Source: Centroscyllium fabricii
Lineage: Eukaryota
NCBI GenBank assembly: GCA_051313645.2
Contig: JBNRSN020000014.1
Span: forward strand, 78,926,001-78,990,000
Reading direction: 5' to 3'
Length of the DNA stretch: 64,000 nt
Under the pieces are notes generated by a model. That model was not told the origin of the DNA, made no database searches, and was given only the letters and a program-made list of their open reading frames with translations. Positions 1 to 13,065 of the stretch are shown one piece after another (position 1 is the stretch's first letter; each line of letters begins with the position of its first letter). The position numbers were made by a program, and so were the translations under genes.

Positions 1-1549
1 TGAGAATAAGTGTGATCTGGGTCAGTGGCAAAGGAATCGGCTGGGCTCGGGAACATTTGGTAGCCTGAACTGGCTTGGTAGCGTGAGATAGAGCTAGAAT
101 GACCATGTGTCAACTAGGAAAAGGAAGTGGTGTCAGCCAGAATATGGAAAGAGACATTGATTGGGATGCCAACGAATGCCATGGAATGTTTGTCAGAAGA
201 AAACGTGCCTGTGCACCAGAATATAGTAGCTTGAGAGTTTTTAGGTATTTCATTGTAGCGATTTCCCAAACCTGGCTTTTTATAGGATAGAATTAGAGCT
301 ACTCTGACAGCACATTTTGATCGTTTCCCTTTTATTCTCTGAACAAACTTTCAGAGCAAATTGTGTCACACCAAGAGTGATTTATTAGTAGATCTTTTTT
401 GTGACCATTTCGTAGTGTGGTGCTTTGGAGTGAAAATCATATAAAATGGCACAAACTATTATTTAAAATATGATTTCTCAAATCACTAATAGTCTAGCCA
501 ATTCTGTCATGATACCCTAATGTGCGCACAACTATTTGACAGGATTGCAAACATCGCGGTAAGATAATGCTGATATTTACAGTGCATTACATACTGTATG
601 GATCATGGATTATGAGCTAAGTGGAATTTATGAACTTCTATACTTCAGTCATTTACAGCAGCAATAGTTTTTATGCAGGGGGAATATTGTGTTCATGTAT
701 TGTTTAAACCAGCAATGCTCACAGTTAAAGGCACCAGTCGGTAACCTACTTTACAATAAGTTTAATAAGATACATATTTTGTCCAATTCAAAGTATATCT
801 GTAGCAGCAATAAAATTATATGCAATTTGAATCGCTACTTTTGCTGGACAAAACATTTCCTGATGGACTGTGTTTTCTCCTGTAGAATGCTGCTTACTTT
901 ATCATAGATGGATAGAATATGTTTCCACTTTTGTTCTGTTTGAATGTTGCTTGAAATATAGCTGTTGTGAACACTAAACTACAAGGGTGGGTGTATGTTT
1001 TTACACTGGCATTCTGCGTTTTTATATAATTGCACTTTGTTTGTTTACTGGAGTTATCCTTGTCGTCATGCATACCAAAAATATTGACGTTGAAAGTGAA
1101 CAGCAGAAACAGTGCAGAATGTCATACAAGTACACCTCAATGTTTGCTTGTTCCAAATTTAAAAAAGGGTAAACAATTGTTAGCAAAAACATTTTACGAA
1201 AGAAACTTCTGTATAGATTATAACATATTGTTCGGAATTAACAAACTACAACCTGCAGGAGAGATGTTTTCATGTTTGAGATCAATGGACTTGAGTAACA
1301 TTGAGAGGAAGTTTCTATCTGTTCTAATGAGTAGGATTTTATTTTAAGCGAATGTATGTTTTAATAAACTTTCACGGGAGATGCCTTCTTGGATTAAAAA
1401 TATATATATTGGGCTGCTGTTGGTGGTGATGATATGTTTCCATCCCAGGCAGTTTGGGCTGAAGTTTGGGGAACAGCTGTGGTGACGTAGCGAGCAAAGT
1501 TCAGTGAGGGAGACAGAGAGAGTGGAGTTGGTGACATTTGTGTTTGGAT

Positions 1550-2185
1550 TCAAAGCTGCCGAGGTGCTGGCTGGAGGCAAGCCGCGTGTCTTTGGCCGGT
1601 TCTAGGGGCGAAAGATGCCCTGTGATTGAGAACTCTGGGGGTGGGGTGCTGGTGTATATTTATCTGGGTTGCTGATTTCCTTGTGGTGAAAGGAGTTGAA
1701 GCCCGAGAGAGAGAAAGAGGGGAGTGAGAGTCGGGGCGGGGGGGGAAAGCCAGCCACTTTCTGAAGCTGGAAGTATGAACCTTTGGCCGCTGAGACCCCG
1801 CACCAACAGGCCGTGCCCATGGTGAGGAAGAAGAAGACAGTCTCGGCTGCCGAGGACCGCCAGAATGGGTAGGAGAAAGGGAGGGGAAAGCCGCCCTTTC
1901 TGGGGGTTTAGCTTGGCGGAGTGTGGGGAGCTCCCGGCCGACATGTCGCGGGTTTGGAGTGAAGCTCAAAGAGAAGGAGGAAGACATTAACACTGCGAGA
2001 AACTCCGGCTCTCTCAACCCCAATAACCCCAGGAGTCGACAAAAACCCTTTCACCCTCCGGCGAGTCCAGGGAGCCAGCTTCAGGACCCCAACCTGGCCG
2101 CGAAGAAGCAGATTTTCAGCGGGTAGTTGCGGGACAGCGATCGGGGGATCAGGAGGAAAAACAACGGCGGCCATGTTGGAAAAAA
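1550..2185. promoter_or_regulatory. GC/CpG-enriched region upstream of the first coding exon (alternative promoter or 5' UTR candidate)
   Basis: Locally raised GC and CpG against an AT-rich background, a GC box GGGGCGGG near 1732 and a YY1-like CGGCCATGTT near 2167. No transcript evidence. Confidence 0.35.
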
Positions 2186-2285
2186 ATGTTTACAGCTGCA
2201 AGTTGTGAGGGTTCAGAAATGTGGAAATAAATAGGCTTTTAGAGGTGTATTTGACTGATTTTTGTTTGGTTTTGTCTTCCCCAGA

Positions 2286-2562
2286 ATGACGGCGAAATGT
2301 GTGGATGTGAGCAGCGATGAAGGGCTGAGGAGATTGTGTAAACGGACTGGAGAAGAGGAGGGTGCTGAAGGAGATGGGGAGAGTGAAGAAGGAGGCAGCA
2401 GCTCTCAACACAACACAAAGAGAGAAGATCCATCAGCAACTGCCACAAGCCCAGATCAACATCATTTCTTAAGATCCAGTGTCAGGCCTCCCAGCAAGAG
2501 GTTGAGGAAAGATTCATGTGCTTCGAATGGCTCGAGTGGCTTTCAGAACAATAAAGGAAAAG
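2286..2562 (+). CDS. CRAMP1: CRAMP1 coding exon 1 (MTAKC...HHFLRSSVRPPSKRLRKD...KGK)
   Basis: Pyrimidine tract and CAG acceptor at 2282-2284, ATG at 2286, donor AG|GTAAAA at 2563, phase 1. The HHFLRSSVRPPSKRxRKD motif matches the vertebrate CRAMP1 N-terminus as I recall it. Confidence 0.88.
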
Positions 2563-3913
2563 GTAAAATGATGGCTCTTGCTATTAAGGCTTGGTGGCAT
2601 CAAACACATTACACTCCTGGGTGGATGAAATAGGTATGTGCCTGGCTTTTTCAAGGAAACCCCTTCCCTTGGGAGAAACTGGTTATTCCAAAGATTTTTT
2701 AAAAAAGATTGAAAGTAGTATTAAATATATATTAATTCATACATTATGTGAGCAGCAGTTATTGTAACCTTCCCTTAGCTCACGGCCTTGCAATGGAAGC
2801 CACTTAAGGAATAACATTTAATCCTCTTCATTGGAACAGCTACATTCTATTTTGTTTATGTGTATACTTTAATTTCCAAGAACATAACCTACATATATAC
2901 ATGCCCTGTACGTATGAAGTGTATACAGTACTGTAGTAGTGTATCACAGCACATAACTTGTTTTTTCAGTGGAACAGCAGACCAAGCCTAATGTGCAATG
3001 TGAACAAGAGGCTGATCTACAGACAGTAGACCCAGTGTACAGTTTTTTAAGCAATATATTTAAATGGTTTTAAAACATTTTCTAAATAACATGGTCTGTA
3101 TAAAGACAAAACTATGTACCTGTCACTCACACTAACTTTTATTTGACCGACTTTACCACAGTGATGCATTTTCATACACTAACTCCACTTAGTGCGGTGT
3201 CACAAATCTGAATGCCATTCACAAGTGCAAACTTGAGGTGCATACTGTATCATAGCCTTAGCTAATGAGTCAATGGGTACTACACTTCAATAGTATACAG
3301 TATATTTTCCTGTATTTTGTTACGGTAACTGTTCATTGTAATACTATTACTTTTAGTTCCTTCATCGCTATGCTCTTCACCTACACCAGGCATTTTTTTT
3401 TTTTACCGCACATGGCATGCTGATAGTCATTTAACTTGTTAATAAAAAATAAATTGTTTATACAGTGTACAAAAAAACAAATGACTGCGAGTAAGCCATA
3501 AGGATTTCTTTTGTACACAACTGGAGCTTTTTTTCCAGATCCATGAAGTCATTTGCATTTAATTTACTTTTTAACTCACTGCCGGCCATCTGTTAAACTG
3601 TCTGTAATGGTCTTTCGTCAAACACACACTTACATTATTCAGATATAGTTCATTAAGCTGATCTCCATACTGTTTCATTTGCAACTGCAGGGGCTACTGT
3701 ATGAAGGTGTATTCTAGTAGAATATCACTTCTAACTTGGTTATTTAATTTGAGAACATTTGTTTCTGGTTCGCAAATTAATTGCAATATAATTTGAGTGT
3801 AGCAGCCTGTCATCAGTTATAATAACATTTAAATGTTTAACTGAAGAATAGGTGAGTGTAGTATATTTATGAACCATAGAGAAGTCTTTTGAGTGATGGG
3901 CTATGTTAGTCAT

Positions 3914-5535
3914 TAATGTTGTAGCTCTCCTAATGTTGTAGCTCTCCTAATGTTGTAGCTCTCCTAATGTTGTAGCTCTCCTAATGTTGTAGCTCTCCTA
4001 ATGTTGTAGCTCTCCTAATGTTGTAGCTCTCCTAATGTTGTAGCTCTCCTAATGTTGTAGCTCTCCTAATGTTGTAGCTCTCCTAATGTTGTAGCTCTCC
4101 TAATGTTGTAGCTCTCCTAATGTTGTAGCTCTCCTAATGTTGTAGCTCTCCTAATGTAGCTCTCCTAATGTTGTAGCTCTCCGAATGTTGTAGCTCTCCT
4201 AATGTTGTAGCTCTCCTAATGTTGTAGCTCTCCTAATGTTGTAGCTCTCCTAATGTTGTAGCTCTCCTAATGTTGTAGCTCTCCTAATGTAGCTCTCCTA
4301 ATGTTGTAGCTCTCCTAATGTTGTAGCTCTCCTAATGTTGTAGCTCTCCTAATGTTGTAGCTCTCCTAATGTTGTAGCTCTCCTAATGTTGTAGCTCTCC
4401 TAATGTTGTAGCTCTCCTAATGTAGCTCTCCTAATGTTGTAGCTCTCCTAATGTTGTAGCTCTCCTAATGTTGTAGCACTCCTAATGTTGTAGCTCTCCT
4501 AATGTTGTAGCTCTCCTAATGTTGTAGCTCTCCTAATGTTGTAGCTCTCCTAATGTTGTAGCTCTCCTAATGTTGTAGCTCTCCTAATGTTGTAGCTCTC
4601 CTAATGTTGTAGCTCTCCGAATGTTGTAGCTCTCCTAATGTTGTAGCTCTCCTAATGTTGTAGCTCTCCGAATGTTGTAGCTCTCCTAATGTTGTAGCTC
4701 TCCTAATGTTGTAGCTCTCCTAATGTTGTAGCACTCCTAATGTTGTAGCTCTCCTAATGTTGTAGCTCTCCTAATGTTGTAGCTCTCCTAATGTTGTAGC
4801 TCTCCTAATGTTGTAGCTCTCCTAATGTTGTAGCTCTCCTAATGTAGCTCTCCTAATGTTGTAGCTCTCCGAATGTTGTAGCTCTCCTAATGTTGTAGCT
4901 CTCCTAATGTTGTAGCTCTCCTAATGTTGTAGCTCTCCTAATGTTGTAGCTCTCCTAATGTTGTAGCTCTCCTAATGTTGTAGCTCTCCTAATGTAGCTC
5001 TCCTAATGTTGTAGCTCTCCTAATGTTGTAGCTCTCCTAATGTTGTAGCTCTCCTAATGTTGTAGCTCTCCTAATGTTGTAGCTCTCCTAATGTTGTAGC
5101 TCTCCTAATGTAGCTCTCCTAATGTTGTAGCTCTCCTAATGTTGTAGCTCTCCTAATGTTGTAGCACTCCTAATGTTGTAGCTCTCCTAATGTTGTAGCT
5201 CTCCTAATGTTGTAGCTCTCCTAATGTTGTAGCTCTCCTAATGTTGTAGCTCTCCTAATGTTGTAGCTCTCCTAATGTTGTAGCTCTCCGAATGTTGTAG
5301 CTCTCCTAATGTTGTAGCTCTCCTAATGTTGTAGCTCTCCGAATGTTGTAGCTCTCCTAATGTTGTAGCTCTCCTAATGTTGTAGCTCTCCTAATGTTGT
5401 AGCACTCCTAATGTTGTAGCTCTCCTAATGTTGTAGCTCTCCTAATGTTGTAGCTCTCCTAATGTTGTAGCTCTCCTAATGTTGTAGCTCTCCTAATGTT
5501 GTAGCTCTCCTAATGTTGTAGCTCTCCTAATGTTG
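3914..5535. repeat. 17-bp minisatellite (TAATGTTGTAGCTCTCC)n, roughly 95 copies
   Basis: Directly visible head-to-tail tandem array with a few variant units. Confidence 0.98.
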
Positions 5536-6477
5536 CATTATCTTCAGTCGTTGGAGGTTTGAACACCTGAAGCATCCCGACATGATTGTTTGTTTGTAAT
5601 TTCATTGCTTTTGAAGTTTACTTTCTTCAGGGTGTTTCAGATACTGTTTTGGCTCCTCATCAACTGCATTGATTGTTAATACGCCGAATGAGAATGCAAA
5701 GTAGTGAATCTGGTGGGGTAGTAAATGCTGAAGACAGGAAGGACTTGTACTCTGCAAGCAAACATCTCCAGTGATGTGATTTTTATTCTTATGATAAGAA
5801 CCTCGCGAAGCATTTATAATAATAGGAACCCCTCAATGTGTTAAATTCCACACTCTTGTTTGGTATTCAAATATATACTGCCTATTCTTTCCAACTGATC
5901 ATCTAGATTACCTTACTCAAATTCATAATGATTATGTAACATGAATAAGTTACTGCCTTGCAATCATTTACTTGTATCCATTCACATCATAGTATAATTG
6001 CAGTTCTAAAGCACGTCACTTGAGGGAAATATGAATTTGATAGAGCTTAAAAGTAACTAGTGAGTAGTTGGAAATAGGGAAAATTAGCTCGATGGCCGTT
6101 TTTACATATTCTAGTATTAATAAATTGGTTATTCCGTTCTGTGATCTAGAAGGCCAATGATTTAATTACAGTTGTTTTCTGGGGACTAAATTCGGTGTCA
6201 CGTGACTTGGATTGATTTTTGACATTGATGTTTCTGTGCTTTTGTTACTTTGTCATTCTAGTGTATAACATAAATTAGGGGGAAAAACAACTTGTGGCTT
6301 ACAGCAAAATAAATCAAACTTGCTCTCCTGGGAAGTCAATCGTTCATCCTCTGAGAAATGCCAGCCTTTGTGATTGGTGGTGGTGCTGTGGCCATTACAG
6401 CCATTACTTATGTGCGGTGTAGTTAGGTCACTAGCTGTGAGCAATTGTAGTTCACCACCATCCGTTATTAGTGGAAA

Positions 6478-7200
6478 TCACATTGAATCTGCAGCACAGA
6501 AACGGGCCATTCGTCCCAACTGGTCTATGCCATTGTTTATACTCCACACCATCCTTCTCCGGTTCTAATTACCGCTTTCCACCTTGTCCCTGTATCCCTC
6601 TATTCACTTCTCTCTCATGTGTGCATCAATGCTATCTGTTTCAACCACTGCATGCCACAGCGAGGTCCACATCCTAGCCACTCTCTGTAAAGACATTCCT
6701 AAATTCTTTATTTGATACAGTAGCTATCTTATTTATGCTCCTTTATTCTGGCCCTTAAAGGACAACGACTTGTTCTGGACTCACTAACCAGTGGAAACGT
6801 TTTCTCCACATCCACCCTGTCAAACCCCTTCATGATGCTAAAGATCTCCATCACGTCTTCTCTTTCCCAGAAAAACGAGCCCCAGCCTGCTCAATCTTTC
6901 CTGATATTTGCATCCTCCCAATTCTGGTAACATCCATGTAAATCATTTCTACACTTTACTGCAGCATTTCAAGATCCTTTTTTGTATTGTGGAGATCAGA
7001 ACTACACACAATACTCTGTTAGTCTAACCGGCGTTCAATATACATTTAACATTACCTCCCTGCTTTTGTACTCTATTCCTCTGGAAATGAACACCAGTTC
7101 TCTATATGGCCTGAACAACCTGTGTTGCTACTTTTAGTGATTTATGCACTTGTATTTCCAGATCTCTCTGCTCTTCTAGCCCATTTAGTTTCTTAATTCT
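6478..7200 (-). mobile_element. Decayed CR1-type LINE 3' fragment
   Basis: Resembles the CR1 3' fragments at 30461 and 58076 (GGCCATTCG, AGCCCAGCCTG, CAGAACTACACACAATACTC segments). Boundaries approximate. Confidence 0.55.
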
Positions 7201-10200
7201 AATTCTATTTCTGATTTTGTGTTTCCATGTGTGTTTTTCGGCTCCCCCCCATTTAGAAACTGATTAAGTTAATGTTACTGGGGTGGGGGTGTAATTTAGT
7301 GCAGGTTGGGACCACAGATACAAATGTTGCATTACATTTATTTACAATATATAAGCAGTCCTCTAGTTTCAGTAAAAGTGCATCAGATCCCCTGTGTAGG
7401 ATATATTCTAAGACATTGTGACACATTCAGTTTTTTGGCAACTCTTCTCATCCCTGGAGTCTTGATTTTATTAGTACAGTAGATTACCCTCATTTAATTG
7501 ACCAAATAAGCCAACATTAATACATGTAAACACATGAATTCTTGAAAAGACTACTGCTGCAGCTCAATAGTTTAAAGTTTAAATGCGTGTATTTGCTTGT
7601 CCTGTTAAACATTTCAGTATGCATTGACTCAAATGTGTTCATATTTCTTCCAGCATAAGAAATGCTAAAAGATTTACTATAACCATTTGTAATACAGACA
7701 TCCCACTCGAACCAAGCAGCAATTGTTTCAAAAATGAATGTAAATACTCATTTAAAATTATATATACCTGTAATGTTGAGTAATCAATCCAGTTATCAGT
7801 GAGTAATGGGAACAAAAGATGCTCCAACTATATAATCACAGTTCAGGGTATGAAAAGCTGTAACATCCTTCAATTGTGACATTTGGTCTGATAAGTTGAC
7901 AGGACCTGAAGAATTGTGTGTGTGTGGCATTTATTGTGAAGCTGCTCAGACTTTCAGGTGAAGATGAACTTGAAAGATGTCCTGGTTTATGTGCTTCCAT
8001 TGCTCCCGGCTGTTCTTCATTCTTGGACTCCTGTAACCCTTTGAGCTAAATTAAACTTGAGGGGAAAGCCACAGGTGGCTAGACTGCATCCATGAACCTT
8101 GGGGGTCCTGAACATGGTCTCTCTTTGAGAGATCTCCATGATCAATACAGTTTACACTTTTTAATTCAAAATCCCTTAACTAAAATTATCTGATACTTAA
8201 TTTGATAATCATTAAATTCACAATGCTTAATTATTTACTCAATTCAAATTATTTGAAAAATCATTTTCTGTGCTAAAAGAAAATCCTCAGTTGACTGTAG
8301 TGCTAAGGTTTTTTAGTTTTACAGCCAGTTAGGTTTCATTAGCTCTTACCTACATATTAATTGAAAAGAAACTGCCTATTTTGAGCATTTGGATTTAAAA
8401 GCCAGTATTCATTTTAACTGGTTTTATTTCTCACTGCTGACAAAATACATTCAGTGATGCACTAATGTGTAATTTGTATCAGATCATTTCTGCTGGATGA
8501 ACTTGGCAGAAATGCACAAGTCTGGAAATGATATTAAGCACAAATACATGGGTGTAAATCAGTGTTCGCTGTGTATCCAAATCAGAGTGTTACTTAGCAT
8601 GTTGCAGGAAATTCCACCTTGGAATGGAAACGCTGATACAGGTTAGCTGCACATTCTCATTTGGAATGGACATTTTCTCTCTACTCTTTTTGACTAATCT
8701 CTCTCAGTTTTGTGTTTTACTTCCTAGGTTACGCTACTGCTTTTAAAATTTTTTGTATATTGCATGCAATCCTTAATCTTGGAGGCTTTCAAGGGTTCAG
8801 AAAGTCTCCGCCTTGAATAGGGGTCCACCAGCAGTGCCCACTCTGAAGGGGAGGGCACATGTGCAGTCCTAATACTGGCTTGTACTTTTATCGTAGTTGA
8901 CTTGAGTCTGAACTTTTTTTGCTTATTAAAGTGAGTGATGATAGTACTGGATAACCATTTGCTTTTTGTAACCATATTAGCATCAAACACCCTTGGCTAA
9001 AGTGTAGCAAAGGTTGAAACAGAATAAGCCTTTTCTAATCTGCTACAATAATCTGCTTTAATCTCAAAAGCGTACTTTGTACTGTACCAATGTGAATTTG
9101 TCCACTTCTTCCCACGAGCCATTCTATGGATCCTCTTGGTGAGATTCACAATTTAATGTCTGTTTGTGGGCACTTTTGTACCATGGACTCATGCTCCCAG
9201 GAACTGGGTTGAGACTACCCAAAGTCATTTCACCTGGGATCCTAACAGCTATGAGAGAAGGGAATCTTTTGCATATTCACCTAATCCTGAATTCAAACCC
9301 ATGTTCCATAGATGAAAGGACAGTGTGCTAATCACTGTACCACATGAGAGAATCTAGAAATATATTTCTTCATTGGGCATTAAATATTTCTCCACTATTA
9401 GCCACAGTAATTGTTCTGGGTTTCAATTCAAAAATGCAACCTATTCTAAAATGTCACTCCACCATCACACATTATCACACTTTTTTGCTGTTACTTGGAC
9501 TTGGCAAAAAGGCATGCTTTACAAAATGTTCTTGATGTAAGCTGTTTTCCTGCTGCTATTGCAATTGCCTTTTTGTTGGTGCCTTCTATGACAGATTAAG
9601 CTTTGGGTGTGAAATCTCAAAATACTGCTTATTGCAAAATAGTACCTGCATTTTAAATATGTCTGATGTATGGGTTATAAACCATGACATCAATGCATTC
9701 AATCCCAGATGCCTACCTTTGGGAAAAAACCAAATAGGATATGTTCAATATCTGATGTTTCTTGCAGTATTGTAGTTGGCTACTGGGTTTCCATTATGAG
9801 GCTAAAGGACTTGTAATTGTTGCTGATGTGATATTTTTACTGTATCGCCATTGACATTCAGTGTCAAAACGAATACAAAGTCTACTGTGGTTTTCAAAGT
9901 GATAACGCGTTGCCTGTGTGTGATTTAGAGCTGTAAAACTTATCCTGTCTGATATTAAAGTCAAGATATTTACCCCAATCATTAAAGATTTGAAATATAG
10001 TAGGAATAATCTTCTGATCGTTTCAGACATCCGTGGTGTCTTATTTTGTTGCTCACGTATGTCTTTAATATTAATCAGCAGCACTGAAAACAACAACGAT
10101 GATCAGAATTTAAAATCAGTACTAGTCTGCTTGAGACCAGTATGTTGTGTGACTGGTGTGATCTGAACAGGACAGGTGCAAACATGCCAACACAGACTCG

Positions 10201-10297
10201 CTGCATTGTCTTTATGGTCTTGGGAAACTTTCGTCAGACATTTTGCAAACTGACTTTGATTAACCCCTCTGAGAGTTACAGTAGGTCCTTTTTTATT

Positions 10298-10468
10298 ATA
10301 ACAAATGCAAAATACTGCGGATGCTGGAAATCTGAAATAGAAACGAAAACGGATTAACGTTTCAGCTCCATGACCACCTTATGAAAGGGCATCGAGCTGA
10401 AACATAACTCTTTCTCCACAGATGTTGTCTGATTTGCTGTGTGTTTCCAGAATTCTCTGTTTTTATTA
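10298..10468. mobile_element. Head-to-head pair of Penelope-type terminal fragments
   Basis: AAATACTGCGGATGCTGGAAATCTGAAAT (minus-strand tail) followed by a plus-strand tail ...CCACAGATGTTGTCTGATTTGCTG...TTCCAG. Same tail family as 27110-27212. Confidence 0.6.
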
Positions 10469-10658
10469 ACTATCTCGACATGGCAGTTTGAGCCCTTCAT
10501 TCTGAGACTTTGATCTGCCTTATCCACTTAGTAACCTATTTAGTCCGGCAAGCTGAAACAGCTGGTGAAGCGCATGCCTGAGATACATCGTACAATTTTG
10601 TGTGGGCTTCATTGGATCCCCAGAATGTCTTACAGATGCTGTAAAGCATGAGTGTTTT

Positions 10659-12056
10659 TTCTTCTTCTTAGGCAGTCCCTCGGAACCGAGGATGACTTGC
10701 TTCCACATTAAAAATGAGTTTGCAGGTGACTGATGAGTCCAATGCGGGACCTACAGTCTCTGTCACAGGTGGGGCAGACAGTGGTTGAAGGGGCGGGTGG
10801 GTGGGTGGGGTGCTTGGATTGACGTGCGCTCTTTCCACTATTTGCGCTTGCTCCCGGTGAAGAGACTCTAGGTGTCTGGCGCCTTCCTCCACTTTGAGCG
10901 GTCTTGGGCCAGGGATTCCCAGGTGTTGGTGGGGATGTTGCACTTTTTCAAGGAGGCTTTGAGGGTGTCCTTGAAGCATTCCCTCTGCCCACCTGGGGCT
11001 CTCTTGGAGTATTGGAGCGCTGAGTAAACATAGAAACATAGAAGGCAGGAGTAGGCCATTCGGCCCCTCGAGCCTGCTCCGCCATTTAATGAGATCATGG
11101 CTGATCATCCAAACTCAGTACCCTGTCCCTGCCTTCTCCCCATATCCCTTGATCCCTTTAACCTTAAGAAATATATCTAACTCCTTGAATATATTTAATG
11201 AATTGGCCTCAGCTGCCTTCTGTGGTAGAGAATTCCACAGGTTCACCACTCTCTGGGTGAAGAAATTCCTCCTCATCTCCGTCCTAAATGGTTTACCCCT
11301 TATCCTTAGACTGTAACCCCTGGTTCTGGACTCTCCGACCAACGGGAACATCCTTCCTGCATCTAGTCTGTCTAGTCCTGTTAGAATTTTATACGTTTCA
11401 ATGAGATCCCCTCTCATTCTTCCAAACTCCAGCGAGTACAAGCCCAATCGGCCCAATCTCTCCTCATATGTCATTCCTGCCATCCCAGGTATCAGTCTGG
11501 TGAATGTAGAGCGCTTGTTTTGGGAGCCTCATATCAGTCACACGGACGATATGAGACTCCCAAAACAAGTGCTCTACATCCATCGGAGCTGATCGAGCAT
11601 GGTCAAAACATCGTTGTTGGCCTGAGCGAGAACACTGACGTTGGTGCCCCTATTCTGCCAATGGATTTGCAGGATCTTGCGGAGGCAGCGTTGGTGGTGC
11701 CTCTCCAGTGCTTTGAGGCGCCTGCTGTACATGGTCCATGTCTATGAAGCATACAGCAGGGCGGGTATCACTGCTGCTCTGTAGACCATGAGCTTAGTGC
11801 CGGGTTTGAGGTCCTGGTCTTCAAACACGCTCTTCCTCAGGCGACCAAAGGCTGCACTGGCACACTGAAGGCGGTGTTGGACTTCGTCATCGACGTCTGC
11901 CCTTGTTGACAGTAGGCTCCCGAGGTATGGAAAGTGGTCCATGTTGTCCAAGGCCTTGTCGTAATCGTGGGGCAGTACTGTATGGCGGGGGCAAGTTGGT
12001 AGGTAGAGGACCTTTGTCTTACGGATGTTTAGTGTAAGACCCATGCTCTCGTACGC
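10659..12056 (-). mobile_element. RTE-clade LINE 3' fragment (RT C-terminal region)
   Basis: Translations FPYLGSLLS...QHRLQCASAAFGRL, TKLMVYRAAVIPALLY and FKDTLKASLKKCNI, with an (AAG)n tail on the minus strand at 10659. A near-identical family copy lies at 62140-62875. Confidence 0.88.
11028..11503 (-). mobile_element. CR1 LINE 3' fragment nested in the RTE element
   Basis: ORF 11115..11483 (YEERLGRLGLYSLE...RMRGDLIETYKIL...RNFFTQRVVNLWNSLP) is the CR1 ORF2 C-terminus, with a (TATGTTTC)n tail. Confidence 0.9.
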
Positions 12057-13065
12057 TTCTGATGAAAGATCATTGACTTGAAACATAATGCTCTTTCTCT
12101 CAACAGATGTTGTCTGATTTGCTGTGCGTTTCCAGAATTCTCTGTTTTAATTTTTTTATCATAATTATGTTGGTGATTTTTGTTAGCTACTGCTCCTGCT
12201 GCTTCATTTAACTGTCTTGACATGGCAGCTTGAGACCCTCATTCTGAGACTTTGATCTGCCTTTACTTCCATAATCCACTAAGTAACCTATTTAGTCTGG
12301 CAAGCTGAAACAGCTGATGAAGAGCGTGCCTGAGATACATTGTACAATTTTGTGTGGGCTTCATTGGATCCGCAGAATGTCTTACAGATGCTGTAAAGCA
12401 TGAGTGTTTATCCCTTTGTTGGCCACTTAGGTGCACATTATAGTGTTTCTTGAGACACCTATAAAGTATAAATGACCCTATAATTTCCACATGTGTATCT
12501 CAAGCTGCAGATAGCAAGAGGCCTTGGCATCTGCTTCAGGATTTACCCACCAGTGTGGCAAAACTCAAGACCAGCCCTTTCCAAACCCTTGGGGCTGCAA
12601 AATTCAAACGGGACAAATCAGGAAATAAGAAATATGAGCACAAATGAAACCAAGTTACCGGAGCTTTGTGGCCAGGATTGCCAGGGCTTCCGAACTACAC
12701 GTGGTCCATGGGCTGTGATTCAGAAACCTCTGCTCTAAGCTGCCCAACCACAATTCATTCTTTTCCTGACACATGGCACCAAATGTTGTTGGAATCTAAA
12801 ATATGCGCTAGAACGTAGCCTTTTAAAGACCAAGAAACCAAAGAACCAGTAAGTGACAAAGGAAACAACAAAGATGTTTGTACAGAATTATCACTGTTTT
12901 AAGGAACTGCAATAATGAGACTCACTGCTTTCCTTTGAAGTGCATTTAAAATTAACTTAAAAACCATTCACATTTATTTACTAAATCTGTGTTGCAGCCA
13001 CAGATGATCGCAGTTGTAACCTAACTTAATGGAAGACACTGCTACTTAAAATTGGTAGCTGTGTC

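Noticed and set aside
1550-2174. Several overlapping minus-strand ORFs as a divergent gene
   Set aside because: No recognisable domain or exon chain. Such ORFs are expected in GC-rich sequence.
3914-5535. Possible CRISPR-like array
   Set aside because: Head-to-tail repeats with no unique spacers, no cas genes, and a vertebrate genomic context.
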